Shown: positions 15,123 to 21,795 of the stretch, piece by piece | Layout of the letters: each line of letters begins with the position of its first letter | Position numbering within the stretch: position 1 is the first letter of the stretch | Made by a program: the position numbers and the translations under genes | Assembly: GCA_028710695.1 (NCBI GenBank) | Contig: JAQTTP010000010.1 | Coordinates: forward strand, 1-26,241 | Source of the DNA: Candidatus Iainarchaeum sp. | GTDB lineage: Archaea > Iainarchaeota > Iainarchaeia > Iainarchaeales > 0-14-0-20-30-16 | Direction: 5' to 3' | DNA: 26,241 nucleotides | Notes under the pieces: model-generated | The model's database searches: none | What the model saw: only the letters and a program-made list of their open reading frames with translations | Told to the model about the DNA's origin: nothing

Positions 15123-16200
15123 TACTGTAAAGAAAATCGAAAAATTAGGTACAGAAATTACTAAACAGATCGATGAGGGGAAAGAACCAAACTATTCCAT
15201 CCCAGTTAGATCTTTAGGGAATGTTTATTATGATAAAGTTTCCAAAACTATCAAGCTTGGAGACAAAGAAAGCAAAAGGCACTTTTTGAACATAGGGCAT
15301 GCAAGAAAATTCATGCAGACAATCCTTGTTGCTTCAGAAGTAAAAAACTTAATAAAGCACGGAGCAACAACTTCAATCAGAGATCTATACTATGCACTAA
15401 AACACACAATCGAAGGCACAAAAGAAAATGTTTTTGAAGATCAGTCAGAATCAGACCCTCTTATTGAGGACTTAGAAGCATCTCTTGGGCTGCTAAGAGA
15501 AGAACTACATTTAACAGCATCTACAAAAGGAATAATTGCTGGAAAAATGACTGTCAAAGATGGAAAAGACACAATTGATTTAGCAAGAATGGGTTCTGGT
15601 GGTTGGGGTGTCCCATCTAATGTTGAGCCAGAGAAAATAGAGATCAAAGACCTAGATGCAGAATATGTGCTGTTCATAGAGAAAGATGCGGTGTGGAAAA
15701 GGTTCAATGAGGACCAATTCTGGAAAAAGCACAAGTGTATTATTATCACTGGAAAAGGACAGCCAGCAAGAGCAGAGAGAAGGCTTGTTCAGAGGTTGAA
15801 CAAAGAGTATAAACTCCCTGTTTATGCCTTAATGGATGCTGATCCATGGGGGATGTATATTTATTCAGTAATAAAGCAAGGCTCTATTTCATTGAGTTAT
15901 TCTGAAGAGAAGCTTGCAACCCCAGATACAAAGTATCTTGGTCTTATGATTTCTGATGTTGACAAGTATAAGATTCCAAGCAATGTAACTATTAAGCTTA
16001 ATTTGCAAGATATAAAAAGAATAAAAGAAATGAAAGAATATCCTTGGTTCAAGAAAGACAAAGGCTGGCAGAAAGAGTTTGATTTAATGAAGCAAAGGAA
16101 CTACAAACTAGAATTGGAAGCCTTAAGTAGAAAAGGGATTAGGTTCATAACCGAAGAGTACCTGCCACACAAGATAGAAACCAGGGATTTTTTAGGATAA
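15115..16200 (+). CDS. top6A: DNA topoisomerase VI subunit A (Spo11 homolog)
   Basis: The catalytic Tyr context is SIRDLYYALK. The Toprim motifs are LFIEKDAVW and ALMDADPWGMYI. ATG at 15115 overlaps the top6B stop by 8 nt. The track's alternative ATG at 15094 would add 7 aa. Confidence 0.9.
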   Translation: MSDTVKKIEKLGTEITKQIDEGKEPNYSIPVRSLGNVYYDKVSKTIKLGDKESKRHFLNIGHARKFMQTILVASEVKNLIKHGATTSIRDLYYALKHTIEGTKENVFEDQSESDPLIEDLEASLGLLREELHLTASTKGIIAGKMTVKDGKDTIDLARMGSGGWGVPSNVEPEKIEIKDLDAEYVLFIEKDAVWKRFNEDQFWKKHKCIIITGKGQPARAERRLVQRLNKEYKLPVYALMDADPWGMYIYSVIKQGSISLSYSEEKLATPDTKYLGLMISDVDKYKIPSNVTIKLNLQDIKRIKEMKEYPWFKKDKGWQKEFDLMKQRNYKLELEALSRKGIRFITEEYLPHKIETRDFLG

Positions 16201-16234
16201 TCTAGTTAAAAACCGATATATTCCAAATATTATT

Positions 16235-16738
16235 ATGGAATTCTCTTTTGACAACTATTTTGTTAGGCAAATGGAATTAAAGGATCTACAGAATATTGTC
16301 TCTAATGCTAAAGATCCAGAAATTGCCAATAACAACATGGTTGTTAAAAAATACAACACACTTGCAAAAGCGAAGAAATACATTGAAAAGATGCAAGATA
16401 AAGAAGCAACAGCAACAGGGTATGAACTAGTTATTGAAGACCAAGAGCATAACTTTGTGGGTGTCTTGAGTTTACATCATATGGATTACAAAAAAGGAAC
16501 TGGCTACATAGGGTATTGGTTAACAAAATCCAACTGGGGTAAAGGAATAGCCACCAAGGCCCTAAAGCATCTTCTTCCTTTTGCCTTTGATTATCTTGGT
16601 TTGAAGAAGATTTACGCAAAGACTCTTATCTCAAACACAAAGTCCCAAGGAGTTCTAGAGCGAGCAGGGTTCAAAGTAATTGGAAAGAGTGGCAAAGCTC
16701 CAGAAGAATACTACTTTTATGAATTGAATTGCAAATAA
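16235..16738 (+). CDS. GNAT-family N-acetyltransferase (RimJ/RimL-like)
   Basis: 167 aa. The acetyl-CoA binding loop SNWGKGIATKALKHLL matches the R/Q-x-x-G-x-G/A pattern, and the C-terminal NTKSQGVLERAGFK is typical of the family. Confidence 0.8.
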   Translation: MEFSFDNYFVRQMELKDLQNIVSNAKDPEIANNNMVVKKYNTLAKAKKYIEKMQDKEATATGYELVIEDQEHNFVGVLSLHHMDYKKGTGYIGYWLTKSNWGKGIATKALKHLLPFAFDYLGLKKIYAKTLISNTKSQGVLERAGFKVIGKSGKAPEEYYFYELNCK

Positions 16739-16799
16739 GACTTAAAATATTAGATATTTTTATAATTTCTCTCTATCTAAGATATATTGGGTGCCGGTT

Positions 16800-16970
16800 A
16801 TGGATCGCAATATGAAGATTTTGCTTATTGTGGTAATTGGTTTTTTTGCGATCTACTGGATAATACAAAATTTTTCTTCAATTTCTTTCAAAACAACAAG
16901 CACATTTTCAACAGCAATAATAATTGCTTTCTTCATCCTACTGTTCATATTTATGAGCAGAAACAAGTAA
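16800..16970 (+). CDS. Small (56 aa) two-helix membrane protein, not in the ORF track
   Basis: My translation from ATG 16800 is MDRNMKILLIVVIGFFAIYWIIQNFSSISFKTTSTFSTAIIIAFFILLFIFMSRNK, ending at TAA 16968..16970. GGGTG lies 6 nt upstream. It has two clean hydrophobic helices. This is more plausible than the overlapping low-complexity track ORF 16787..17026, which starts at TTG and runs into the next gene. Confidence 0.4.
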   Translation: MDRNMKILLIVVIGFFAIYWIIQNFSSISFKTTSTFSTAIIIAFFILLFIFMSRNK

Positions 16971-16974
16971 ACCT

Positions 16975-18282
16975 TTATACTCTTTTTAATTCAAATTTAT
17001 GTTCTTTTCTTACTTCTGGAACATAATCTTTTTTCATTTCTTTGTGCATAGAAGCCCACACGGGCTCTCTTAAAGAATGTACAATTCCATCTACTATTCT
17101 ATTTGTTCGTGTCACATGATCGCGATACTCAGGTGATACCCAGCCATCATGAAAAGTATCATAAAAATTTGTAGCATTAAGTAAGGTAAGAAGTTTTTTC
17201 CTATTTGCTATTCCGCCAGGATTATTCTGATATTCAAAAAAATAATTCATTATTTTTCTCCTTACTCCAATTATAGTTAACTGATCAAGGTTATGCCTTT
17301 CACTTAAACCGATTCCATTTTCGCCTTTTAGGATGTCCATTGCAATACCTAAAAACAATTTTTTATTACCAACATCATTATCTTCTTTTATCTTTGATTC
17401 CAAAAACCTATTAAAAAAAACCATTACTCTGTCTCCACGCGGATAAGATCCAGAACTTTCGTTTGCTCTTTCCTTTTTTACGTCCTCAGACACTGGATCT
17501 TTTTTTTGCTTTGTTTTACCTGCAAGATGGCGTTCTTTTTCTCTTTTTGTCCATCTTGGATTAGTATCTAGCCAAGCATCATATCTTTTTATGCAACCTT
17601 CGAGGCCAATACTTTCCATTAAATAGGCCGGAAAAACAACTCTAAATAATAGTCTTGCCGTTTTTTCATTTTTTATTATTTCCCCCCATTCTCTTTCTGC
17701 TTTTAATAAGTCATTGTGATTTGTTTCAATAATAAGTTTAAGCATATTAAATGTGTGCTTACTGATGTAAGTACCATAACTTACTTTTGCCGAGTCGTCA
17801 CCCCTACCCTTTAATACTCTTCTTCCTCTTTCTGCAGAAGATAGTTTTTTTACTCCCTCCCCCCTTAACCTTCGCCTAAGACTCGCTAGGTCAATTCCTA
17901 TTTTTTTTGCTGTCTGTTGATAAGAAATGCCTGGATTTTCAGCCATAAATAGCTTTGCTTGTGCATAAAGCCTATCTGTTTTAAAAGTTCTATTTTGTTC
18001 AACATAGTTTTTTGCAAGTGCAAGGGGGCTTTCCCCTGTTCTTAATTGTTCCCTAGGAAAGATGTATCTAATCAAAGCCATTATTGCTTCGGGAGTGATT
18101 TTCCCTTCTTTTCTTAGCACCAGTTTCTGAACAATTGGTGCTGCAACAAAATCAGGGCCTTTTGTTCTCACTGCTTCTTCAACAAGAATCGCCAACGCCA
18201 TTACATCATCTGGAGTAATTTTTCTTCCTTTTTGATTTTTTATTCGAACAAGTTCTCGGGATTCTACTGCCATAAAAATCAT
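16975..18282 (-). CDS. Hypothetical 435-aa protein with a duplicated N-terminal motif, an HTH-like segment and an unknown C-terminal domain
   Basis: An internal duplication was seen: GRKITPDDVMALAILVEEAV and EGKITPEAIMALIRYIF. The HTH-like segment is PGISYQQTAKKIGIDLASLRRRL, followed by the Arg-rich ERGRRVLKGRGDD. An alternative ATG lies at 18273. A TATA-like box (rc of 18305..18312) sits about 25 nt upstream. Confidence 0.6.
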   Translation of the reverse strand: MIFMAVESRELVRIKNQKGRKITPDDVMALAILVEEAVRTKGPDFVAAPIVQKLVLRKEGKITPEAIMALIRYIFPREQLRTGESPLALAKNYVEQNRTFKTDRLYAQAKLFMAENPGISYQQTAKKIGIDLASLRRRLRGEGVKKLSSAERGRRVLKGRGDDSAKVSYGTYISKHTFNMLKLIIETNHNDLLKAEREWGEIIKNEKTARLLFRVVFPAYLMESIGLEGCIKRYDAWLDTNPRWTKREKERHLAGKTKQKKDPVSEDVKKERANESSGSYPRGDRVMVFFNRFLESKIKEDNDVGNKKLFLGIAMDILKGENGIGLSERHNLDQLTIIGVRRKIMNYFFEYQNNPGGIANRKKLLTLLNATNFYDTFHDGWVSPEYRDHVTRTNRIVDGIVHSLREPVWASMHKEMKKDYVPEVRKEHKFELKRV

Positions 18283-18304
18283 CTTTACTTTGGCCTTATA
18301 TGTA

Positions 18305-18331
18305 TTTATAATAACTTAACAAGATATATAT
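18305..18331. promoter_or_regulatory. Back-to-back TATA-like boxes of a divergent promoter (TTTATAAT at 18305..18312 serving the minus gene; ATATATAT at 18324..18331 serving the plus gene)
   Basis: Each box is centred about 25-27 nt from its ATG (18282 and 18355) in a 72-nt spacer. This is the spacing expected for archaeal leaderless transcripts. Confidence 0.4.
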
Positions 18332-18354
18332 TCTTTTTTACCCTAATTATAGCT

Positions 18355-19539
18355 ATGACAATGTACTACTACTCAAAGATTAACTCTTTCATATCTTGCC
18401 CACTTAAATTCAAATTCTCTTATATTGATAAAGAAGAAAAGGACTTTGAGACATCTATTGAAAGTCATCTAGGAACTACTGTGCACCACACTCTTGAAAA
18501 ACTTTACAAAGATCTACAGCATGGAAAATTAAACACAAAAAAAGAACTTTTAGATTTTTACAATAAAGAATGGCACAAAGAATTCAAACAGAAAACAAAG
18601 ATAGTTAGAGAGGAATACTCCGAAAAAGAAACTTTGAGTCGAGGAAAAGAGCACATCTCAGACTATTATGACAAATATTCTCCTTTTGACCAAGACTACA
18701 CTGTTGGACTAGAGCAACAGGTTTATTTGAAGCTTGGGGGAGATAAATATACTCTTACTGGGTACATTGACCGACTTGCCCTAAAAAAAGACGGAACTTA
18801 TGTAATTCACGATTATAAAACCTCCGGAACTCTGCCCACAAACGAATACATAGATGAGGACAAACAGCTTGCCCTTTACTCAATAGCAGTAAAAGAAAAA
18901 TACCCAGATGCAAAAAAGATTGAACTTGTATGGCATTATCTTGGTTTTGGGAAGGAAATAAGGATTACAAAATCTGATGAAAAGCTTGAAGAAATAAAGA
19001 CAAGCATTATGGCTTGGATCGATAAAATCGAAGAAGAGAAGGAGTTTAACCCAAAAGAATCTGCCCTCTGTGATTGGTGTGAATTTGCATCTAAATGCCC
19101 AAAAAGAAGGCATCTAGTAGAAACCAAACAGATGAGTTTAGAGAGATTCTCTGCTGATCACGGGGTAAAGCTTGTAGATAAATATACTGAATTAGCAATA
19201 CTAAAAAGCCACATATCCGGACAACTTAAAGAAGTAGAGGAAGATATTGAAAAATACGCAGAACACGAGAAACTTGACAACCTCCAAGGCACAAATGCGC
19301 TTATAAAGATCTTAAAAGAAGAAGGAATAAGGCTACCTTCAAAGACAAGCAAGGAATATAAGGAAATAAAGGATATGCTAATACAATCAGGGTTCTCGGA
19401 ACTATTGGATATAAACCAGTATTATATAGACAAACGCCTAGATTCCATACCCGAACCACTTAAATCAATGATCCAAAAGGCGATCACAAAAAGAGAGACA
19501 ACAAAGCTTAAACTTGTTTCAGATTCATTTATTGAGTGA
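18355..19539 (+). CDS. Cas4/RecB-like PD-(D/E)XK nuclease with 4-Cys (Fe-S) signature and a ~140-aa C-terminal extension
   Basis: The N-terminal Cys context is INSFISCPLKFKFSYI and the His motif is TTVHHTLEKLY. Nuclease motifs are GYIDRL (D), VIHDYKTS (D-x-K) and QLALYS (Q-x-x-x-Y). The C-terminal cysteines are CDWCEFASKCP (C-x2-C-x5-C). The start was moved to ATG 18355 (MTMYYYSK) because the track's TTG-type extension from 18232 overlaps the divergent gene. Confidence 0.8.
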   Translation: MTMYYYSKINSFISCPLKFKFSYIDKEEKDFETSIESHLGTTVHHTLEKLYKDLQHGKLNTKKELLDFYNKEWHKEFKQKTKIVREEYSEKETLSRGKEHISDYYDKYSPFDQDYTVGLEQQVYLKLGGDKYTLTGYIDRLALKKDGTYVIHDYKTSGTLPTNEYIDEDKQLALYSIAVKEKYPDAKKIELVWHYLGFGKEIRITKSDEKLEEIKTSIMAWIDKIEEEKEFNPKESALCDWCEFASKCPKRRHLVETKQMSLERFSADHGVKLVDKYTELAILKSHISGQLKEVEEDIEKYAEHEKLDNLQGTNALIKILKEEGIRLPSKTSKEYKEIKDMLIQSGFSELLDINQYYIDKRLDSIPEPLKSMIQKAITKRETTKLKLVSDSFIE

Positions 19540-19548
19540 ATAAATACA

Positions 19549-19556
19549 TTTATATA
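19549..19556 (+). promoter_or_regulatory. TATA-like box (TTTATATA) about 27 nt upstream of ATG 19579
   Basis: Read directly. No SD-like sequence lies between the box and the ATG, which fits a leaderless first gene of the operon. Confidence 0.4.
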
Positions 19557-19578
19557 CTTATTTAAGTCAGTATATTAT

Positions 19579-20217
19579 ATGATGAAATATATGGGATATA
19601 TTTTTGGATTGTTGTTAATTTTTGTATTGTTTAGCGGAATGGTGTTTGCTTTAGATCCTTTTGCGTTCAAAAACAAAATTGCACAAGACACTTTTGATAA
19701 AAAATTTAAAAATATAAATATTACTAGTTCGTATTATGTTAAACTATCTGGAACAGAAATAGGCATGGCTGGCACAGGATATAAAGCAGTTTTAAAAAGC
19801 GGTGGGGTATTATATTTAAGTTCACTAACTTGGCATATATTTTCTGACAAGTTCGTAGTAAACCTATTTATGCCAAACAAATGTTATGAAGATTTAGATG
19901 ATGCTGATTGTGGGCAGACTTTAGGAAAGCAAATTGAACTTAGTTTATATGGTAAAGAAATAGTTAATACTGAATATGGAAAAATCGAAGTAAACCTTGT
20001 ACAGTTCGGGCTGGATTATACAAAAGATTTGAAAAAATGTGACAAATATGACTCTGTATTACAAGGAGTTTATAGTAATTATGATGGTTATGTTAGCCAA
20101 ACAAGCACAGACAACATATGCAGTGCTTTATTGTCAGGAAATTTTAAACAAGGAAAATCAATACTTTACAACAAAGACACAGTTTATGTGGTTTTAAAAA
20201 TAACGGAGTTAAATTGA
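19579..20217 (+). CDS. Secreted hypothetical protein, paralog A (Cys-containing, ends VLKITELN)
   Basis: The signal-peptide-like N-terminus is MMKYMGYIFGLLLIFVLFSGMVFA. It shares sequence blocks with the next ORF (SYYVKLSG, the LKITELN terminus). It has 4 Cys. Confidence 0.7.
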   Translation: MMKYMGYIFGLLLIFVLFSGMVFALDPFAFKNKIAQDTFDKKFKNINITSSYYVKLSGTEIGMAGTGYKAVLKSGGVLYLSSLTWHIFSDKFVVNLFMPNKCYEDLDDADCGQTLGKQIELSLYGKEIVNTEYGKIEVNLVQFGLDYTKDLKKCDKYDSVLQGVYSNYDGYVSQTSTDNICSALLSGNFKQGKSILYNKDTVYVVLKITELN

Positions 20218-20235
20218 GGTGATTATGATGAAGAA
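20195..20235 (+). repeat. Gene-junction cassette copy 1 (TAAAAATAACGGAGTTAAATTGAGGTGATTATGATGAAGAA)
   Basis: It is 39/41 identical to 20859..20899. It contains the last 7 codons (LKITELN), the TGA stop, GAGGTGAT (complementary to the 16S 3' end) and ATGATGAAGAA. Confidence 0.85.
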
Positions 20236-20881
20236 GATATTAAGTTTGTTAGTGGTTTTAGTTTTAATGTCTGGGTTGGTGTTTGCTTTTATTCCGATGG
20301 ATAAAACAGTAACTATAAACAAGTTTGGATACAACTACGCAAAAAGTACAAATTCATATTATGTAAAGTTATCTGGAGCAGGTTATGCTACTTGGGGAGA
20401 ATCACCATGGACAGATGGAAATACAACATCCATAAACCCTGGCTTTAAACAAATTCTAAAAGACGGAACTAAATTAGAGTTTAAAAGTGTTGCTTATAAT
20501 TGTACTTCTGTTTTTTCAAAAAAAGATTTTGTAGCATTTTTTGATTTATGTGGAAGCAATATACCAAATTATTGTGTTTCCTATGATTTAGGCTTACAAA
20601 AAGGAGATAGCATAATTATTACAAAAACTAATGGAAAAATGAAATTGACATTAGAATATTTAACAGTACCTTCTACAACAATTTTGACAGAATCATTTTA
20701 CTCAAACGATCTTGTAAATGCATCTTTATGTGACAAAGACGAACCACTACTAGTCGGATCTCCTTTAAACACATACTTAGAGAACATGGACGGTTCACCA
20801 TTTATGCAATTATGGGAAACAGTTTATTTTATTAAACCAAAACAAGCATACGCAATACTAAAAATAACAGAATTAAATTGA
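20225..20881 (+). CDS. Secreted hypothetical protein, paralog B (Cys-containing, ends ILKITELN)
   Basis: The signal-peptide-like N-terminus is MMKKILSLLVVLVLMSGLVFA. The GAGG core ends 5 nt before ATG 20225 (the track start at 20219 is the GTG inside the SD). It is a paralog of the preceding ORF. Confidence 0.7.
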   Translation: MMKKILSLLVVLVLMSGLVFAFIPMDKTVTINKFGYNYAKSTNSYYVKLSGAGYATWGESPWTDGNTTSINPGFKQILKDGTKLEFKSVAYNCTSVFSKKDFVAFFDLCGSNIPNYCVSYDLGLQKGDSIIITKTNGKMKLTLEYLTVPSTTILTESFYSNDLVNASLCDKDEPLLVGSPLNTYLENMDGSPFMQLWETVYFIKPKQAYAILKITELN

Positions 20882-20899
20882 GGTGATTATGATGAAGAA
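20859..20899 (+). repeat. Gene-junction cassette copy 2 (TAAAAATAACAGAATTAAATTGAGGTGATTATGATGAAGAA)
   Basis: See copy 1. The two mismatches are synonymous third-codon positions (ACG/ACA Thr, GAG/GAA Glu). Confidence 0.85.
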
Positions 20900-21236
20900 T
20901 AAATTTTATTATATATTAGCAGCAATATTGCTGATTTTGGCAGTTGTGCCACTAAGCTTTTCATATGCTTATTACCCAAGCACATATAACTATTACGGAT
21001 ACACTACTACAACATACACATCTAACACATATGTAGCACAAACATACCCAACATACTACTACCCCGCATATTATGTTCCAGCAACTTACTATGTTCCAGT
21101 AGTTAACTACTCCCCAGTTTACACATTCCCATATAGTTATTATGTAAACGGAGTTCCAACAACCTATGCATACGGAACCTATGGCTATCCAGCATATAAC
21201 TATGCTTATGGCTATACAACATATTATGTTAGTTAG
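20889..21236 (+). CDS. Secreted Tyr/Thr/Pro-rich low-complexity protein with no charged residues in the mature part
   Basis: The signal-like N-terminus is MMKNKFYYILAAILLILAVVPLSFSYA. The remaining 88 aa use only Y, T, P, A, V, N, G, S, Q and F, and I count 31 Tyr. The same SD/start cassette precedes it as for paralog B. Confidence 0.6.
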   Translation: MMKNKFYYILAAILLILAVVPLSFSYAYYPSTYNYYGYTTTTYTSNTYVAQTYPTYYYPAYYVPATYYVPVVNYSPVYTFPYSYYVNGVPTTYAYGTYGYPAYNYAYGYTTYYVS

Positions 21237-21248
21237 AAATAGCTAACT
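21231..21248. terminator. Hairpin AGTTAG-AAATAG-CTAACT spanning both convergent stop codons, flanked by T-runs (possible bidirectional terminator)
   Basis: A 6-bp perfect stem was read directly. TTTTTT follows on the plus strand. It lies between the stops at 21234..21236 (+) and 21243..21245 (-). Confidence 0.35.
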
Positions 21249-21518
21249 TTTTTCTTCTTTTTTTGGTTTTTTATATCTATATCCTTCATAGTACTTTCCA
21301 TCTATACATATACGGATCTTTTTACCCAAAAAGTATAATCTAAAGAAATTCCAAAGCCCCATCCACGGCGGCAGGTTATCATATTTTCCTTGTTCCCATT
21401 CAGAATTCCACCAGCAAGTACCATTGTGATACATATCTCTTGTATGCCTTTTCTCATAAGGGCAATGAGGACAAAGGTATTTCAAATGGAACTTCGCCCA
21501 CCATTTCTTTAGAATCAC
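21243..21518 (-). CDS. Hypothetical small Trp-rich, 4-Cys protein (CPHC...C...C) with Lys-rich tail
   Basis: 91 aa from a GTG start, with no in-frame ATG until residue 29. It has 7 Trp and 4 Cys. It is the only long ORF filling this gap and is co-oriented with the upstream genes. Confidence 0.45.
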   Translation of the reverse strand: MILKKWWAKFHLKYLCPHCPYEKRHTRDMYHNGTCWWNSEWEQGKYDNLPPWMGLWNFFRLYFLGKKIRICIDGKYYEGYRYKKPKKEEKS

Positions 21519-21536
21519 TTGAAAGCACCGTCCTGA

Positions 21537-21734
21537 TTAGATCATTTTCTTCGCCATTTTCTTTGCTTTTCGAAGGCAATTCTTATGCCAATACTGGCCC
21601 ATCCATTTAGTCTCTGGATTTCCCTGGTTACACAAAGCACATACTTCTAAATCCTTCTGCTGCGGCTTCTTCTGCTCTTCTTGATTATTATCCACAGTTG
21701 GAATTAGCTTCTTAAAAAATCCTTTTACATCCAT
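21537..21734 (-). CDS. Hypothetical small zinc-ribbon-like protein (C-x2-C-x15-H-x2-C)
   Basis: 65 aa from an ATG start. The metal-binding-like motif is VCALCNQGNPETKWMGQYWHKNCLRK, followed by a basic tail. Confidence 0.5.
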   Translation of the reverse strand: MDVKGFFKKLIPTVDNNQEEQKKPQQKDLEVCALCNQGNPETKWMGQYWHKNCLRKAKKMAKKMI

Positions 21735-21795
21735 ATCTTCACATCCATTTTTGTATCTTATTGCCTGACTAGATCAGGTTCTTTGCCCTATTTGA

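Noticed and set aside
16787-17026. 79-aa plus-strand track ORF
   Set aside because: It has a TTG start and a low-complexity product, and it overlaps the convergent 435-aa gene. It is replaced by the 56-aa membrane ORF in another frame (16800..16970).
18232-18354. N-terminal extension of the nuclease ORF (track start 18232)
   Set aside because: The extension overlaps the divergent gene's 5' end and the promoter spacer. Nuclease homology begins right after ATG 18355, which has a TATA box about 27 nt upstream.
20889-21236. Tyr/Asn/Thr-rich gene as the variable region of a diversity-generating retroelement
   Set aside because: The composition recalled adenine-mutagenised VR codons. However, I found no template-repeat copy of this sequence anywhere in the window and no reverse transcriptase gene. 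This cannot be excluded outside the window.
19579-21236. Type IV pilin-like (class III) signal peptides on the three secreted proteins
   Set aside because: None has the [KRDE]-[GA] cleavage motif directly preceding the hydrophobic stretch. The N-termini look like ordinary Sec signals with a small-x-small site after the h-region.
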